Source of the DNA: Euglena gracilis
Lineage: Eukaryota
NCBI GenBank assembly: GCA_039621445.1
Contig: CP154954.1
Coordinates: 6,893,425 to 6,957,424, forward strand
Direction of reading: 5' to 3'
DNA: 64,000 nucleotides
The position numbers were made by a program, and so were the translations under genes. The notes below the pieces were generated by a model. That model was not told the origin of the DNA and searched no databases. It saw only the letters and a program-made list of their open reading frames with translations. This document shows positions 29,316 to 44,300 of this stretch, piece by piece (position 1 is the first letter of the stretch; every line of letters begins with the position of its first letter).

Positions 29316-32300
29316 ATGACTGCTGAGACGGTGTGCTAAATTGTTTGCTAATCTGAACTCTTTTTAAGGAAGCTATGGATGAGCTTGTATTTTCAACTCT
29401 TTTTTTGTTGCAGTCAGGTTTTGGAGTGGGTTGCGTTAGAGCACCCCTCCAACGCCGAAAGTGCTCCGGACTGTTCTGCCAATGCCAAATGCCATGAAAA
29501 TAAAATGCCTGGGTCGGGCCCAAAACAAATTGAGGACCCATTATGGACAGCACGCTAGAGTGCAAGGCACCCCCTCGCCCCTGGTCACAGAGTCTGTATT
29601 GTCCAAAATGCCACTCCAACCAGTATTGCCTTCTGGTTTGGTGATTTTTCGAATGTGCAAAAATGTGTTTGTTGCACAACAGCATTGGTGTGGTCATCTG
29701 GCCCCCGCAGGATAAAGAAGCCAGCCAGAAGGAAGAGGAAAAGAAGAAGGAATGCAGCCAGAGAGAGGAAGATAAGAAAAAAGAAGCAAGCCACAAGGAG
29801 GAGGAGAAGAAAAAGGATGCCAAGAAGGATGAAAAGAAGGCAGGGAAGAGCAGGACGCTTTCATATGATGAGCGATCAGAGAAGGTGCCACATGCTGGTT
29901 AGCGTAAAGTGCCCTGTGCAGTCGGGTGTAAAACTCCTGACTCTTGAATCTTGACACTGGGCGCCAGGGCGGTCCATAAGGGACGGGAAGTTTTTTTTTT
30001 TTTTTTTTGTTAAGGACCGCCCCTTAAGGACCGCCCCCCCGACCAAGGATCGACCGGGACTTGAACGGGGGTCGAAAACCAAAAAGTCGAAAAACGCATT
30101 TTTTGACGCTATGGGCGGATGGGCGATGTTCCAAAAGTGCCAGGAATCACTTTTTTTCCCGAAGTCGACCCGTTTCGGGCAAAATACGGCCACTTTTCGG
30201 TCATGGATTTTCAAAAAAATTTCTCGGCTGTGCCGGGACGGGATTTTTTTTTTTTTTGCTTAAGGACCGCCCTGCTGGGCGCTGTGATGGTTGAACAGGG
30301 ATTTGGTTGTACCAAAGGCATAGGGGATTTATTTGTATCAATGTAAACCCCTTTTATAATCCCCTGGTGGTTATAGGATGCCCCAACAGGGAAAAAGGAT
30401 GAAAGACTAAGAGGCAAAAGTGTGCCAGAAAATCACACGGTGTACCGAAAAAACGAACCGCTGTGGTGGGCATGCCAGTTTCTGAGGTTTTGGCAAAAAA
30501 AAAACCATGAATTTACCGAATAGGGGGCACTTTCGTACCCCATCCAGTTACACACTCAGCCTCCACGTACAACCCCCCCCCCCCCCCATCTGGGCCGACC
30601 ACCGAACAGGGGGGGGGGGGGTTATCGGTCATGGTTTGGGAGTGTGGACCCAGGGAGGGGGTTAAAAGGAGAAGCGGGTGGTCGGGTTTATTCCTGCCTG
30701 GAAAAGTGTTTTCTTTAAGCTGAGTGCATAATTGGTTGAATTTTTTCCCAGGCTAAGTTTTGTGATTGACGGATCGGTTTTACTGACACCCACCCCGCCA
30801 TTTACCCCTATCATGCGCTGCAGGAAATGCAGCTTCAGCGGCTGTTTGAGCTCCCTGTCCCGGAACCACTGGTGGAGGATTTCGCATGCGCATACCAGAA
30901 GAGCTTCCTGCGGCAAGGGCGCATGTACGTGCTGCGGGTGTGTTGACCCCGAGTGAGTGTGTTGTGGTCGCGGTGGGGGCAAAATTAGCGGTGTTTGAAT
31001 TGAGTCCGAATTCCTTGCAAAGCAACCTTTGTAAAATCGAAGTCTCAGACAGTCTGAATCCCAGATTGGAGTCAACTCCTGTTCAAGGGCTCGCATTTAT
31101 AATTGATTATTAGAAATTAATCAGTATTGTCATATGGTACAGACCAGCCTTTTTTTTTAGCGGTAACCCTCTTCCATTCAGCACCCTGGTTGAAAATATG
31201 AAAGTCAAGAAGTTATTAAAGCACAGAAATGTTTGTGACGGTGATGTCTACCCCTACCCAAAAAGCTGTCACTCCGATGAGGCCATCACCAACCATTTTA
31301 GCACGTGCAGTTAGTCCACAAACCTGCATGGTAGATTGTCACTTGCCACATGACATTTTCCGCGGGGGGATTCGAGAATGTCTTCTATCTATCTTTATGG
31401 TTTCAAATGCAATACATATTTCAATTTCAATAAAAAGCGTTGTCTTATGGAAAAAAAAAAGCTTACGGCCCATTCACTGATTTGAAGTTGTACTAAATTT
31501 GGAGTATTTGACCACATTTTTCATTGTCTTTCACAACTGGGCTTGTTGTTTGCCCATTTTGAAGTGAAAATTGGCTCCATCAAAATGAAGAAACATTTTG
31601 ATGGCAGCATTTTAAAAAAATCAGCCTTAAGGAAATATTATTCCGTTCTGTCTGTCGTTCGGTGTTATGGTCTCCTCCCTCTGCCTGCATCTGTGATTAA
31701 TTGGGAACACCTGTCTTCAGTCAATATTGTGTCATTTGCCTCACGTCAGTGCCACCTCGCGTTTTACTCCATGTTGGGGCCGCGGCTCCTGCTGGGCTAT
31801 CCGGCCATTCAAGCAATCCGGGAGGCAAAAACTCTGGACCTGTTCAACAATGCCATCACCGTCACCACCGTCGATGGGCAAACACATTTCTTCACCTCTT
31901 TCCTCACCCGCGACAAGGTGTGTTTGCGTCTCACAAATGGTTGGCGTACATTCCCGGTTTGGAAGAACGCTGGACAGGCTGAATTGTAAGGCAGTGCCGA
32001 CTCCACCCCGGGGGTGCCTGGCAAGGTACTCCAAGGCACTCAGATCCAAACCCCTTCCCCGGCACTTCCGGCGCCGAAGGTGCCGGAAGCCCAGAAAAGG
32101 CCATTTTTAGACACTTTTTGGCACCCCCCAGGGGGGGTAGTGCCTATTTGCCCAAGCACTCCAAAGCACTGACCCAGCCTGACCCTGGAGCATTGCTGGT
32201 TAACCCTGCCAATCCTGTTGCGCAACGGTCTTTTTATTGGATATGGCTGAATGGCAGTATGTGTTTGGCACGGCCTCGGAAATCCTAAATATCTGGCAGC

Positions 32301-35300
32301 AACGCATTGGGCTCCGATCGCAGGCGCTCGCCGTGCTCAGCGAGGCGCACCGTGAACACCAGCGGGCCAACGCCCCCGACCCGCCGCTGGCTGCCGAGCT
32401 GTCCACCACGGCGGGGTTGTCGGACGCTGGGGCTGAATCCGATGCCGGGTCCATGCGGGTGCGGTCCAGTGGCAGCTCCAGCGACAATGAGGGGGTGTGC
32501 CCCTCGCCGTTTTGGGCTGGTGCTCGCTGGGGTTTGTGCACGTTCCTTTTGCTCATGGGGGCACCCTAATTTGCTCCAAAATCTGTGCCAGCATTTGTTA
32601 GCACTCGCATTATGTTGGGAAAGCACCCCCTGTTTCAATATACTGTCATAGGAAAAAATAACATCCGGAAAAAATAACATCTGGAAAAAATAACATCTGA
32701 ATAAATAACATCCAGAGAGGCTTGTCAAAAGGCACTTAAAGGTTATCTAGTTCCAGCGCTTCAGTCACCCGGACTGCGCCATTGTTTAGGTGGAGGGAGT
32801 GCAAGGCATTGCAAAAACTGGAGCGCACACCAGACATTTACCTACACCCCCCCACGAATCATTGCCAGTTCCCCCCCCCAGGACCCCCCACAGCCCACAG
32901 GACAGGGTCCTGGGGGGGGGAACTGGCCATAAATGCCCCCCACACACCCCACACTTGACCAGTGTGGGCTTAAGGCAGGTGGGAGGGTCGGACTCCTCCC
33001 CGGTCCAGGAGGGGGGGTCGGGCATATATTGCAATAACTGGGTGATCCCAACCAGGCTTGTGCTTAGTCGGGTGCCTACCCCACGGGGGGGGGGGTGGGT
33101 GCTAGGGGCAGGCACCCCATAGCACCCGATCCCCCCCCCCCCCGGGGGGGGGTAGGGTTTCGGGGGGTGCCTGCCCCTAGCAGGCACCCCCCTCCGACCC
33201 CGGCGCCGAAGGCGCCGGGGGCCCGGAAACGGCCATTTTCAATGAAAATTTTCTGGGTCCGGCCCGGACCCCTATCCCCCCGGGGGGGGTGTGCCTGCTA
33301 GGGGCAGGCACCCTATAGCACCCACCCCCCCCTCCCCCCCCCCCCCGGTTGGTAAGCACAAGCATGATCCCAACACAAACAAATAGCATCTGGTATCCAG
33401 AGCATAACCCATGAAACGGTACATTCTTTACTTCAAAAAGGCAAGGATTGAATGCAAGCTTGATGGACAGCCTCGTCCTTTGGTAATGATTGTCACAGTC
33501 GTTCGTGTTCTTCATCCCACATCCTATCCACTTTATACATCTTATCTATTTTCGACTTATTTCTGGAGCAAATGAAGAAAAAATAACATCTGACTAAATA
33601 ACATCTAAAAGCGGCTTAGATGTTATTTTTTCCGGATGTTATTTTTTCCTATGACAGTAATCACCGATGGTGGACGTTATGGACGGGCTGGGGAGTAAGT
33701 TTTTGACCACATGTTCATGACAAATAATTGATTCAGTAACCCCATGTCCTGAAAATTGGCTGGTATTTTGCTAACATACTGCTCTTTGTTGCTTGCAGTC
33801 TTCGCAAGAGGTGGCTGAGGAGCAACGTGCAGAAAATGGGTTTGCCAATTTGTACCGTGGATGCCAGCATGAATGAATGAGAAATGTTAAAGTTTTTTGT
33901 TCCATTTGCCATTAATTGCAACTTTGTGTATTTTTCCATTAATTTTTTTTCAATTTCAGATGCTTATTATGTATTATGCATTTGTCGTGGTTTTCTCTTC
34001 CTCCATTTTTCATGAGAACCAGCCATTTGCGGCTGCTCCAGGCCGGCTAGGGTGACAAGGACCGATAGGGTCGATTTTTTTTTTCTGGGCCTTATGTGCT
34101 AGGTTTCCAATTTGGACCGACGTTGGTGACCAGGCTGGCTGTGCATGTTGTCAGTCGATTATCTGTTTCGCCTGTCCGAGGGTTTAAGATGGTTGAAATT
34201 GGGGAAATGATCTAAAGTTGCCCAAAAGCGGTGCCAAAATGATGCACACTGACCAAAATTGTCCAGAATTGGACCCCCACAACAAGAAACTATGCCCCGA
34301 GTCGCCCTTCCCCTGGGACAACAGCCCTTGGGAATTTCTTTTTGGGGTTCCAAGGTTTCTGAATGTAAGCACCCACTCTGATGTCCACCCTCCTAAAAGC
34401 CACTTGAGCAGCGGGAGGGTTGGCAGCAGCGCCAAACTGCAGCAGAAGTTTGGCAAGGCCTCTCCCTGACATTGGCCGGGGAGATGTCCAAACAATTTGT
34501 GTGGTGGTTCTACACCGAGCCGGCTGCAAATGGCGACACCCCCTCAACAGGTTCTCATTTTCATTATTCAATCCCCCCCCCACCTGCAACTCGCCGGGTT
34601 ATATGCCTGGGGCCAGCCAGGGCCAACTTGGGCCGACTGCGGCCGACCAAAGCTGACCAGAGCACCAGAATGGGGAGTGGCCGTGGGTGCCTCATAACAG
34701 CGTTAACGTGACCCCCCTTTTTTGCCCCCCCCCCCAATCCGCTCGAGGCCAACCAGCCAATAGGGGGGTCATGCGTACCCACTCCAAATTGTCCCCACCC
34801 CCTGAATTGGCAGGAAGGGGGTCCAGGCTGTCCGAAGGGCGGCCAAATAGGGGTGAGGGGTTCACGTGAAATATTCTTAGGTTATCATTCCATGATTCCC
34901 GGCAGCCTCCCACCGCCTCAGCCTGGAAGCAAAGGGCAAGGCAAGCAAGCATCAGCGGCGGTTCAAAGCGACCCCGCCGTCTTCCATCAGTCGCACGCCT
35001 GCGATCCAAGTGTGCCGTGTCCCCCGCGGCAGCAGCGTCTCACCTCACTCAAGTTTGGGTTTTGTTTTTGTGTCTTTGGGGGGGGGTCCCAAAATCGGCC
35101 CAAGAATTTGGGGGGGGTCCCAAAAATCAAAATTTTGGGTCTCCATTGACGAGGAGAGAAAACCACGGGAAACAATGGTCGACCACATGAAGAACAGTGG
35201 CCCTTGCCATGAGTTCTGTTCCGAAAGTCATCATTCACGGCGCGTCGAAGGGCAGCTCATCAATCAAATCTTGCTGGGCGACGCATTCACCTTTGTCTGA

Positions 35301-38300
35301 AATTTCTCGAAAATGGTGGGGAATCAAAGGAAACGTCCGGAGACCTAGATTGAAGCCTTGAAATGCCCTATCTACAAGTATTTTGATTTCCCCGCAACTC
35401 CCCGCCAGGCCCGAGTTACGGCCATTTTTCGGTCAATTTTGGCCATTTTGTACAGTTTTGGCCTGTTTTGACTTAGCCATTTTCGGTCATTTTGGGTAAA
35501 AAAAAAAGTCGAAAAAAAATTGCCCGCAACGATATTTTATGACCTCCCGGACCCGGAAAACCTGTTTTTGAGCCGAAAATGAGCGTTTGTTTTTGACCCC
35601 CCCCCCCGGTCCGGCGACCCCCACAACGCCCGCGCCCAAATCAAAAAAAAATAGTCGGTGTGCGAAAATGCGCAAATCGGCCAAAAAAAGCTTAACAGCG
35701 AGATGTGCCGCCTAAGCAAACTCATGGAGTGGTGGTTGCGAAATTTGTGGCCTTTCAATGTGGTCACAAGGGACACGGTTGACAACCCCCTCAGCAGTGG
35801 CTTCTTGGGACAACACACATTTGTACGTTTGCCCTTTCTGTGATGAGGGCAAATCTGGTATTGAACTCCTAACCACAGCTTTGTAAAATTTCTTGCAAGA
35901 AGCCATAAAGAAGGGGCTGTGTTGGCGAGAAAAACTTTTTTTCAAACAGGGGGTCCCAAAAATACAAATTTTTGGGGTTTTGGGGGGTACCCAGAAAACA
36001 AAATTTTGGGAGGGGACCCAAAACCCAAAACCCAACCTTGCCTCATTTAAACTCCCCAAAGACGTGGGTCTGTTTTTGGGTCCACTGCTGAAAAAAAGTA
36101 ACGGTTTGTGCATTTTTGCCAAAACATTTATATTGAAAAAGCTTTCCCGTGAGATGGTCAAAAAATAGGGCCAGGGCAATTATGGCAACAAGCACAAATT
36201 TTCTCAAAAATGTGATTGTGAACAAATGTAAAATTGGAAAAAATATAATTAAAAAAATAATTTGGGTTTTTTTTCCCAATATCCCGAGAACGTGTCTTAT
36301 TTTGGCGGTCAAGTGTTGCAGGGATTACGCTGAAACAGGCACTCTCTTTCATATTTGAGATTTAAGTAACACAAATGAAACTGTTGTCAACTGGCATGTG
36401 CAAACCTTAATGGCGTGCCATAGTGTGTCGGCTGTTTTCTATTCCCTCTTATTACAATGAGTTTCTAAATCCCATCGCTTTCCATGATATCCCATTGCTT
36501 TGATTTCCTTATTGATCGTCGAGGAAATTGTTTTTACTCCATTTTGATGTGAACAGGATGAAAAATTGCTAAAGATAAATTTGTTTTCTTTTCCAGAACA
36601 GGAATGGAATTTGATGTAGCAACTCCAACCTCATCGCTAATTTTTTTAACTTTTCTCTCTCAGTTTTTGTGAAAAGCCTTGGATGTTGTGTCCTCCGCTT
36701 GCCCCATTGCTACAGCCAAACCCTTCAATTACTTCGATCGAAGAGGCGGTGAACAGTGTTGGAGAGGCTGGCTTCTGCGCATGGACCCGCTTTGAAGAAT
36801 TGTTTTTGGTTCTTAGAAGGCAGGGGGGGGGAAAAATGCGTTTCGCATTTTTTCGCATTTTTGCGCATTTTTTGCGCATTTTTTCAAATTTTCCAAAAAT
36901 GCGCATTTTTGCGCATTTTTTTCGCATTTTTTGCGCATTTTTTCGTTTTTTTTCGGCGCATTTTTTTGCTTTTTGGCACATTTTTTCGTGATTTTCCAAA
37001 AATTTCGCATTTTTTGACCATTTTTGCATTTTTTTGCAAAAATTTGAAATTTTCGATTTTTTTTGAAACTTACATTTTCCTCATTATTCTACATAATTTC
37101 TTCAAATTTGGTGCCATTTTTGCATGTTTTTTGGATAATTTTTGCATTTTCGTGATTTTTGCGCATTTTTTCTCGGATTTTGCACATTTTTGCGCATTTT
37201 ATCCAAAAATGCGCATTTTTTGCGCATTTTTTTGCGCATTTTTGCGCATTTTTGCGCATTTTTGCGCATTTTTTCCGAGGCCGGGCGAGCGCATTTCCCC
37301 CCCCCCCTGTAGAAGGAGAAAAATGATTTCATACCCATCTATACACCACCGACCACCAAGCAAAACACCAGAACCATTTCAAATCGGGTTAGTGGGCGGG
37401 GTCTTATCTTCTTGTGCGGGTGCACGTGGCTGCCCGGTGGCCGACATCTTGAAGAAGCCGATGAAAATGAATGTCTCGTTCCCTAAAGGTACCGCAGAGT
37501 GTGCCTCCCATGCGTTTTTGAAATTGTTGTCATATGGAATAGACATGCCTCAGATTGGATTGATTTTTGTGTGAGCCACCTGTGTCCGATTATTCGCGGT
37601 ATTATATCAACATAGATTGTTTGCATCGATAGATGATTCATGAATGGGGGGATGGGATGCAAACATTTGACTGTACCATAAAATCCCAGTATATTGTGCA
37701 CGATGTCCGGATGTTGTTTGTATTTCCTATTTGGGATGTTTGGTGTTTTTTTTTTGCTTTTGTTTGAGAGTCACACACCGTCTCACTGTGCAGGGGTCCG
37801 GCTGGAGGATGTCTTCGCCGCTCTATTCGACTCCAGCTCTGCCTTTTTCACAAACAAGCATCTCCACCCTGGACCTCCTGGAATACAGTGCCTTTTTCTG
37901 CATCCACAGAAAAAAGGAACATTGTACGTACTTTTTAATGCCTCACTTTTGTCTGCCGCTTGTTTGTTTTTAATTTTAACGGCAGAAAGTTTGAATTTTT
38001 TGGATCCCCCTGAGGAACATGTCTGGTGACAAAGAATCTGGGTGAATGCACTGGACGGATGGCAACTCAATACAGTCCAGGACCAACACCTCGGCGGTGC
38101 TTGTGGTCGGCGTACCACCAGCGGCAGGGTGACAAGGTAGTTGAGGTGCAGGAATGGGCAGAACGATCGCTCCCGGAAGGGCAGGGGGCATGGGCTGGCA
38201 GCCGGCAGGTGAGCCATTGTGTTTGTGTGCAGCGCACACCACAATTCGTGATAATTCCTCACCTGATACAAATGCACATCTAAAAATCGGAATTTGGTGG

Positions 38301-41300
38301 AATCGGATTTTAATCGGAATTTATTTTTTTTGGATGCATTTGTGGAGACCTCCAAGAAGCCAATAAATTCAGAGGAATCGTATTTCCGAATGCTTTTGGC
38401 GTAAATCTCAGATGCAAAGTCTTATTTTTATTATTACAGTCTTATCATTATTTTTTTTTCCACAAACAAACAAAAACCATTTTGTTGTCATCTGTACAAC
38501 GAAATTTCAGTAATTTCGTCTTTCCGAAGGTTTATTTTTTTCTCAAGAACTGCGGGGTTTTTGCAACACCCTCAGGGAGACTCAGCCCCAGGGAGTCTGG
38601 GGCTGAGCCGCCTCCCCCCCCCCACAAGGGGGCGCACACACACGTTGAATCCCCCCTGGGGGGTGTCTGGGTGTGTACCAGGCGGTCTGGGCCCAGAAGT
38701 AAAGAAAATGGCCAGAAAGATGAGAAATTGATTTCTTGAGGTGTTTTTCATTGACATCAACGAAATCCAATCCAACACTCATAATCTTTAATAATAATAA
38801 TAAAAGGGTTGTGGTACAGTGGTTTTGTTTCTTTTCCCTGGTAGTATTTCTTACGAACGCCCCACAAGCAGGTCCCCTGAAAAAATCATGCTCCTCCGCC
38901 AGACTTCTTTTTAAGGAAGTGCAACCCCCTGGGGGGGGGGTGGGGGCTATGGGCAGGCAGGGCCCCCAGGGGGGATTTTGGGGTGGGTAGTGCTATGGTC
39001 ACCCCAGCGCCGAAGACCAAAAATGCCGTTTTCCAGGGAAAATTGGCTTGGCACAGGGGTCTAAAACCGACCCCCGGGAGGTGTGCCTGCTATGGGAAGG
39101 CACCCCTCCCCCCCCCCCGCAATTAGCGACCAGGGGCAATCAGGGGATTTCTCAAGCCGGAGGGTACCCTACCCCCTGGGGGGGGGCAGCCAGCTCAAAT
39201 CCAGCCAGCAGCCCAAACTCGGGCTGGGAGCCCCCCCCCCCCGGGGTCGAGTGAAATAAAGTCGGGTCCAATCCGTCCGGAGGCCGAGCCTGCTGGCCGA
39301 AGGCCGGGCCAGCCGGCCGCAGGCTGGCCAGCCAACTGGGCTGCCCAGGTCACCTATCCCTGCATTTTTTCCCCTCACCACAGCTTCCTCCATCACAGCC
39401 CCCAGCCTTGATCTAGCTCCACCCACCAAAATGTCGAAAATGGCAAAAAAAATAGAAAATTTTGTTTTCACCGACCCAGCCCAGCCCAGCCCCCTCCAGC
39501 CCCGGACCCCACCCCTCCCCCCCCACTCCCGGGGGGGTCCAGCCAGCCAGGTCAAATCCAGCCAGCAGCCTTTTTGCCAGCCAGAGGCTGGACCCTCCTC
39601 CCCCGGGGGGGGGGGGGCTTAATAAATCCCCTGGGGGCAATGCTGGATATTTGTTTGGGCAGCCCAAGGACCTCATTTGAGTGGCCACCCAGTGTAACAC
39701 AACCCAAAAGGTACACATAATATGCGTATCACACGGGCAGATGCGCATTCCAAACCATTTCGCATTCCTATATTTTTTCCGCAGGCCGTCTTTTCCACAG
39801 AGGTCTCCATGCCGAAGCGGACGTGGGTGTCCGCGTACGAGCACCATGCGTTTTACTACCTGCAGCTGCCAGAGACCAAGACCCTTGTGGTGCAGAGTGC
39901 CACCCGCACCCCCGAGGTTGCCTTGGGACCGTGTCTACGCTGGGGTAACATGTAACCCCCCCCCCAAATACAAAGTGGAGGACTACCATATCACTTGAAC
40001 AGTGTTTTCATTTCTCCCCGCCAGGTTATTTTGGCATTACTTTCAGTGCTGTTGAGGATTTTTTGCCATAATAAAACAGGGGCGCCAGATTATTAGAACC
40101 ATCTTTTATGTTGCCCCCCCGTCAACCTAAATTAAGCTTTTCAATTTGCATGACTTTTTTTGTCTTCCCCTCATATTTTGATTTTTCTTCCTTCGTTATT
40201 GATAGAACTGGAATGGAGTATGCAATTCATTCTGCCCATTTTTTCAAATGGTTCACAAGGAGAGGGGGCAGGCACGTTTTTTGTGTTATTTTTGTTTTGG
40301 TGAAAGCCGGTGTTTGCTTTTTTGTGGTCAGTCTTTGCTTTTTCCCCGAGTTTCTGCTGCGAAATGATTGGAAAAAATCTGCATTTTAGACCAGGTTTTT
40401 CCCTCTGGGCCAAACTTTTCTCCAACTTTTTTGCTTTTCTCTTCATTTTTTTGATAATTTCCTTTTTTTGGAATCAGCATATTCCCAAAATCATTGGTTT
40501 TTCTCCAAGCCCCCTCCAAGAGCAATGTGAACACTCCTGATATCAGTTTTCCGATATGTTCGCAACTCTTCTGTCATTTTTGAATTATGCTTCAATATCC
40601 CCTGCGAACAGTTGGTGCCAGTGTCTGTCATTTCGCTTCCACAGTGTCCCATCCTGTGAAGGCGAATTAAAAGAAAGCCTCCGACGTTTTTTCCGCTTCA
40701 TTGGGACGATCCAGATTTTGATATGCAGGTTTCGAACAGGTTTGATATAAGGACAGATTTAGAGGTTTCTGCCAGACTCCTCCCCCTTTGCCGAAGTGGG
40801 GTCCGGACCATCCCCACCTGCAATTACATTGTCACTCTCGCTTGCTGTTTCTCCCCCCAATTTTCAACGTTTCTGTTCCGCCCACCCAATGGTTGCAAGT
40901 CCCACAACACAAAGAAAAAAAGGAAGACAGACGACCGAAGTTGAAGGTGATACCTGGTCTGGTGTCCCGCAGGGGAAGATGCGGGTTAAAAACTCGTATG
41001 GTTTGACCAAGGCATCAGCACCGAAGGGATAGAGACTTCCAAAGGAAGGCATAAGAGGAACTGATTGTAGTGTCGACATTAATGATGCTTTTTTTCAGTG
41101 TGATTTGCTTTTCGGTTGGGTTATGGCGGGTTGACATCCTGTCTTTAGGTCATGTATGGCGACTGCTTCCGTGCGGAGACGTTGTTGTGCTGGCGGGAGG
41201 TGCTGGAGGGGGAGGTGGTGCTGGACATCTATTGCGGCCTCCACTTTGTGAAGAGCACCATGATGCGCCGTATCATTGGTGTGTGTGTGTGTGTGTGTGT

Positions 41301-44300
41301 GTGTTTATGTGCGCCGTAGTTATTGGTTGCTGTCATCTGATGCTGTGTGTTTGGGTGTATATAAGCCACATTTCTAAAAGGGCAACTGGGTACAGCACAT
41401 GTGCTGTATGTATTCTCTTCATTTTGAGCTCAACATAGTTATATTGACAACGCTATGGTTTATTAAAGCTGTATGCACCTTCTTTTTTTGGGGGGGGTAC
41501 CCTTGTACCCCTCCTTGGAAAAATGACGCGCAGATCATGCAGAAATACAGCTCATAAGCCATATTATGGTTCTAGGTATCACACAAACCCACCCACCACC
41601 CACCCACCCACCACACACATGCTGTAAATTAAGTTATAAAAAAATAAGAAAGAATGGGATATGTTGATGGTTTTTTCCCCCTGAATAATGAAACGTCTCT
41701 AGTGTGGTTCGTTCATCCAGAAACATGCTTTGTCTGTGCGCGTTGTTGCATGTTCATGCCGCTGCCTTTACCAAGCATCGGCTAGCCAGGTAGTGAGGCA
41801 CTCCCAAGAATTCAGTGTGTTGCATTGTTGAGACCCAGGCACGGGTCTCCTCCGCTTTCCCGCTCCCCCTGGTCAGAGTCCAAAGCACTGGCGGAGCTGG
41901 CACGCAGCTACGACCTGTGGCTGGAAGTGGCGCTGGGGATGGTGACGGACGCCCTCGCGTGCCGCCGGCCCGCCAGCCCCGCAGTCGGCTCGCCTGGCCC
42001 CGATGGCTGGGTGAAGCGCCGGGAGGTGTGGCTTGCCCCTTGGGTGTCCAGCTGGGGGTCACAGTGATCCATACCCTAATACCCTCACAAAATGGTGCCT
42101 GTGCCCCATGGTGTCATTTTGAAGGATGGGATATTTATGTGTATGTGGTGCCTTTGAAAGCATGGGAATATTTTTTTCTGATGTCTTTCGTTGGCTGCCC
42201 CACCCCGGTGACTCGCCTGTTTAGAGGCAAAGTGAACAGATTCAAATCTCAATGTCCTGGTGGGTATGTCTGTGTATATGTACATATACATATGCATACA
42301 CATATGTGTATGTGTATGTATGTGTGTATACATATATATACCGGGGGGGTTGGAGGCCGGAAAATTTTTCCGGCCCTTTTTTGAAAATCCTGCCATTTTT
42401 TTCCGGGCCGTTACGAAGGTTTGTGCCTCCTCGTGCCCCGGTTGCTTTGAAGCGACCTTTTTTCCAGTCATCTTGCAAAAAAAATCCTGCCAATTTTTTC
42501 CGGGCCGTTTTCAGGTTTGGCACCAATTTTTTCGGTTTCCAATTTTGTCGGTTCTAATTTTATCTAGCTTCAATTCCCCCCCCCCCGGTATGCGGGTGTG
42601 TCTGTGGGGTCTTAGGCTGCGCATCTCGCACGTAAGCTTTTTTTTTTTTGGTCAATAAGCATATTTTTGTCATATGTCGAAGAAGTTGATTTTGGCGATG
42701 CATTTACAAGAACTTTGAGCATAAGGGAGAACGCCTTTGATGAAACCCGACCGAATCCCCCTTTTTTTTGGCCCCGTCAGTCCCGAATCTTTGGCCAATT
42801 TTGGTTGTTGTTTTTTTTGCGTGGTTGGCATGGCATGACCCCCCCCCCCCGGCGTGACCTCTCCAAAGTGAGAAGATTGTATTTGTGGCACGTGAAATTC
42901 CGCTCCTGTTGTAACCAAGTTCAACATTTCCACATCGGGACTTGAAACTTCAGAAAGGAAGAAAAGAGGTGCCTCCAGAACGCAACCTGGTCACACAGGA
43001 AATTGGGGGTGTAAGTTTTCTGTTTTTCTCATATTGTTATAAAAATTGATTGTTCGAGAATTCTGTGGTTGATGACCACCGGTGGTTGGTGGTCACCGGT
43101 GGTTGATGACGGGGATACAGAACACAGGAGGATTACCACAAGTTACCAGTTGATTTCAGTGGCAAATTGTCCATCAATGCCCCACTGATGTTTCAGGCTC
43201 TGTGGCACCCAAAGACATACATAACGTACATAACATGACCACAGAAACGTAAATGATGTCGGTAAAGATGTCACATTCGAGCACACCGACCGCTTTAAAA
43301 AAAAAAACAAGCAAGTGCCTCCTATGTCAGCGTGTTTCGAGCTGGAAAAATGAATGTGATAAAATTTTGGTATTCCCTCCTTTGTGTTCTTATGGTGCTG
43401 GACCCCCTTTTTTGAGTATTGCTGGGGTTTATTTTTGTGATTGGTGTGCGCAAATGCGCACATTAACCATTGAAATGGCTGTTTAGGGAAATTGGGCACA
43501 CCGACCAAAATCTATTTTAATTTTGAAGCCTTAATATCGGAGATTTCTGAAACAACAGAAGAATGGAAATGGAGAGCAGCGTGTGGAACAGAAGATTGGA
43601 AACGGTGAACAGCGTGTGGAGTTGTCGGGCTCAAGGTGGTGGTGTTGGAAGATACTTCTGAGGTCGAAAAAAGCGTGTCTGTGCATCAGTCAGCTGACAC
43701 GTCAATTTTCAGCCAATGTATGTGCGTCATTTTCGGACTGAATGCTGGGGGTGAAGATCAATTTTAAACGCAGTTTTCCTGGAGAAACCCTGGAAATGCA
43801 GATATTTATTATTGGCAGCCATCCTCTAAATGCCCCCCCCCCCCTGGTCACTCTAAATGGACCCCCCCTGGCATTTTTTTCGTTAATGATGGAATAGGGT
43901 TAGGTGCGCGACTTAGGCTTAGGGTTAGGCCTAACTTGTACACCGAACACCCGTCCATAAGTTAGGCCTAACCCTAAGCCTAAGTCGCGCACCTAACCCT
44001 ATTCCGTCACTAACACAGAAAAATTATTTTGACCCCCTGGACACTCTAAATGGCCCCCCCCCGGGGGGGGGCATTTAGAGGATGGCTGCCTTATTATTTT
44101 TATTTATTTATTATTTGACGTTTAAGGGGTCATAAATGGTTTTTAACAATGCTTGATTGCCGATGCCTAAATTCGGGTTTAAAATTTCTACAAAATATCT
44201 CGCATAAATGGAGATTTAAACGGCAGCAATGCCCGCACCCCCCCCAGTTGCTATGGGCAAGCGGGGGGGGGGGGGTAGGGCATTTTTGACCAACCAGACA

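Noticed and set aside
36756-37574. 272-aa Phe/Ala-rich ORF
   Set aside because: Mostly the TTTTTGCGCA repeats of an intronic MITE.
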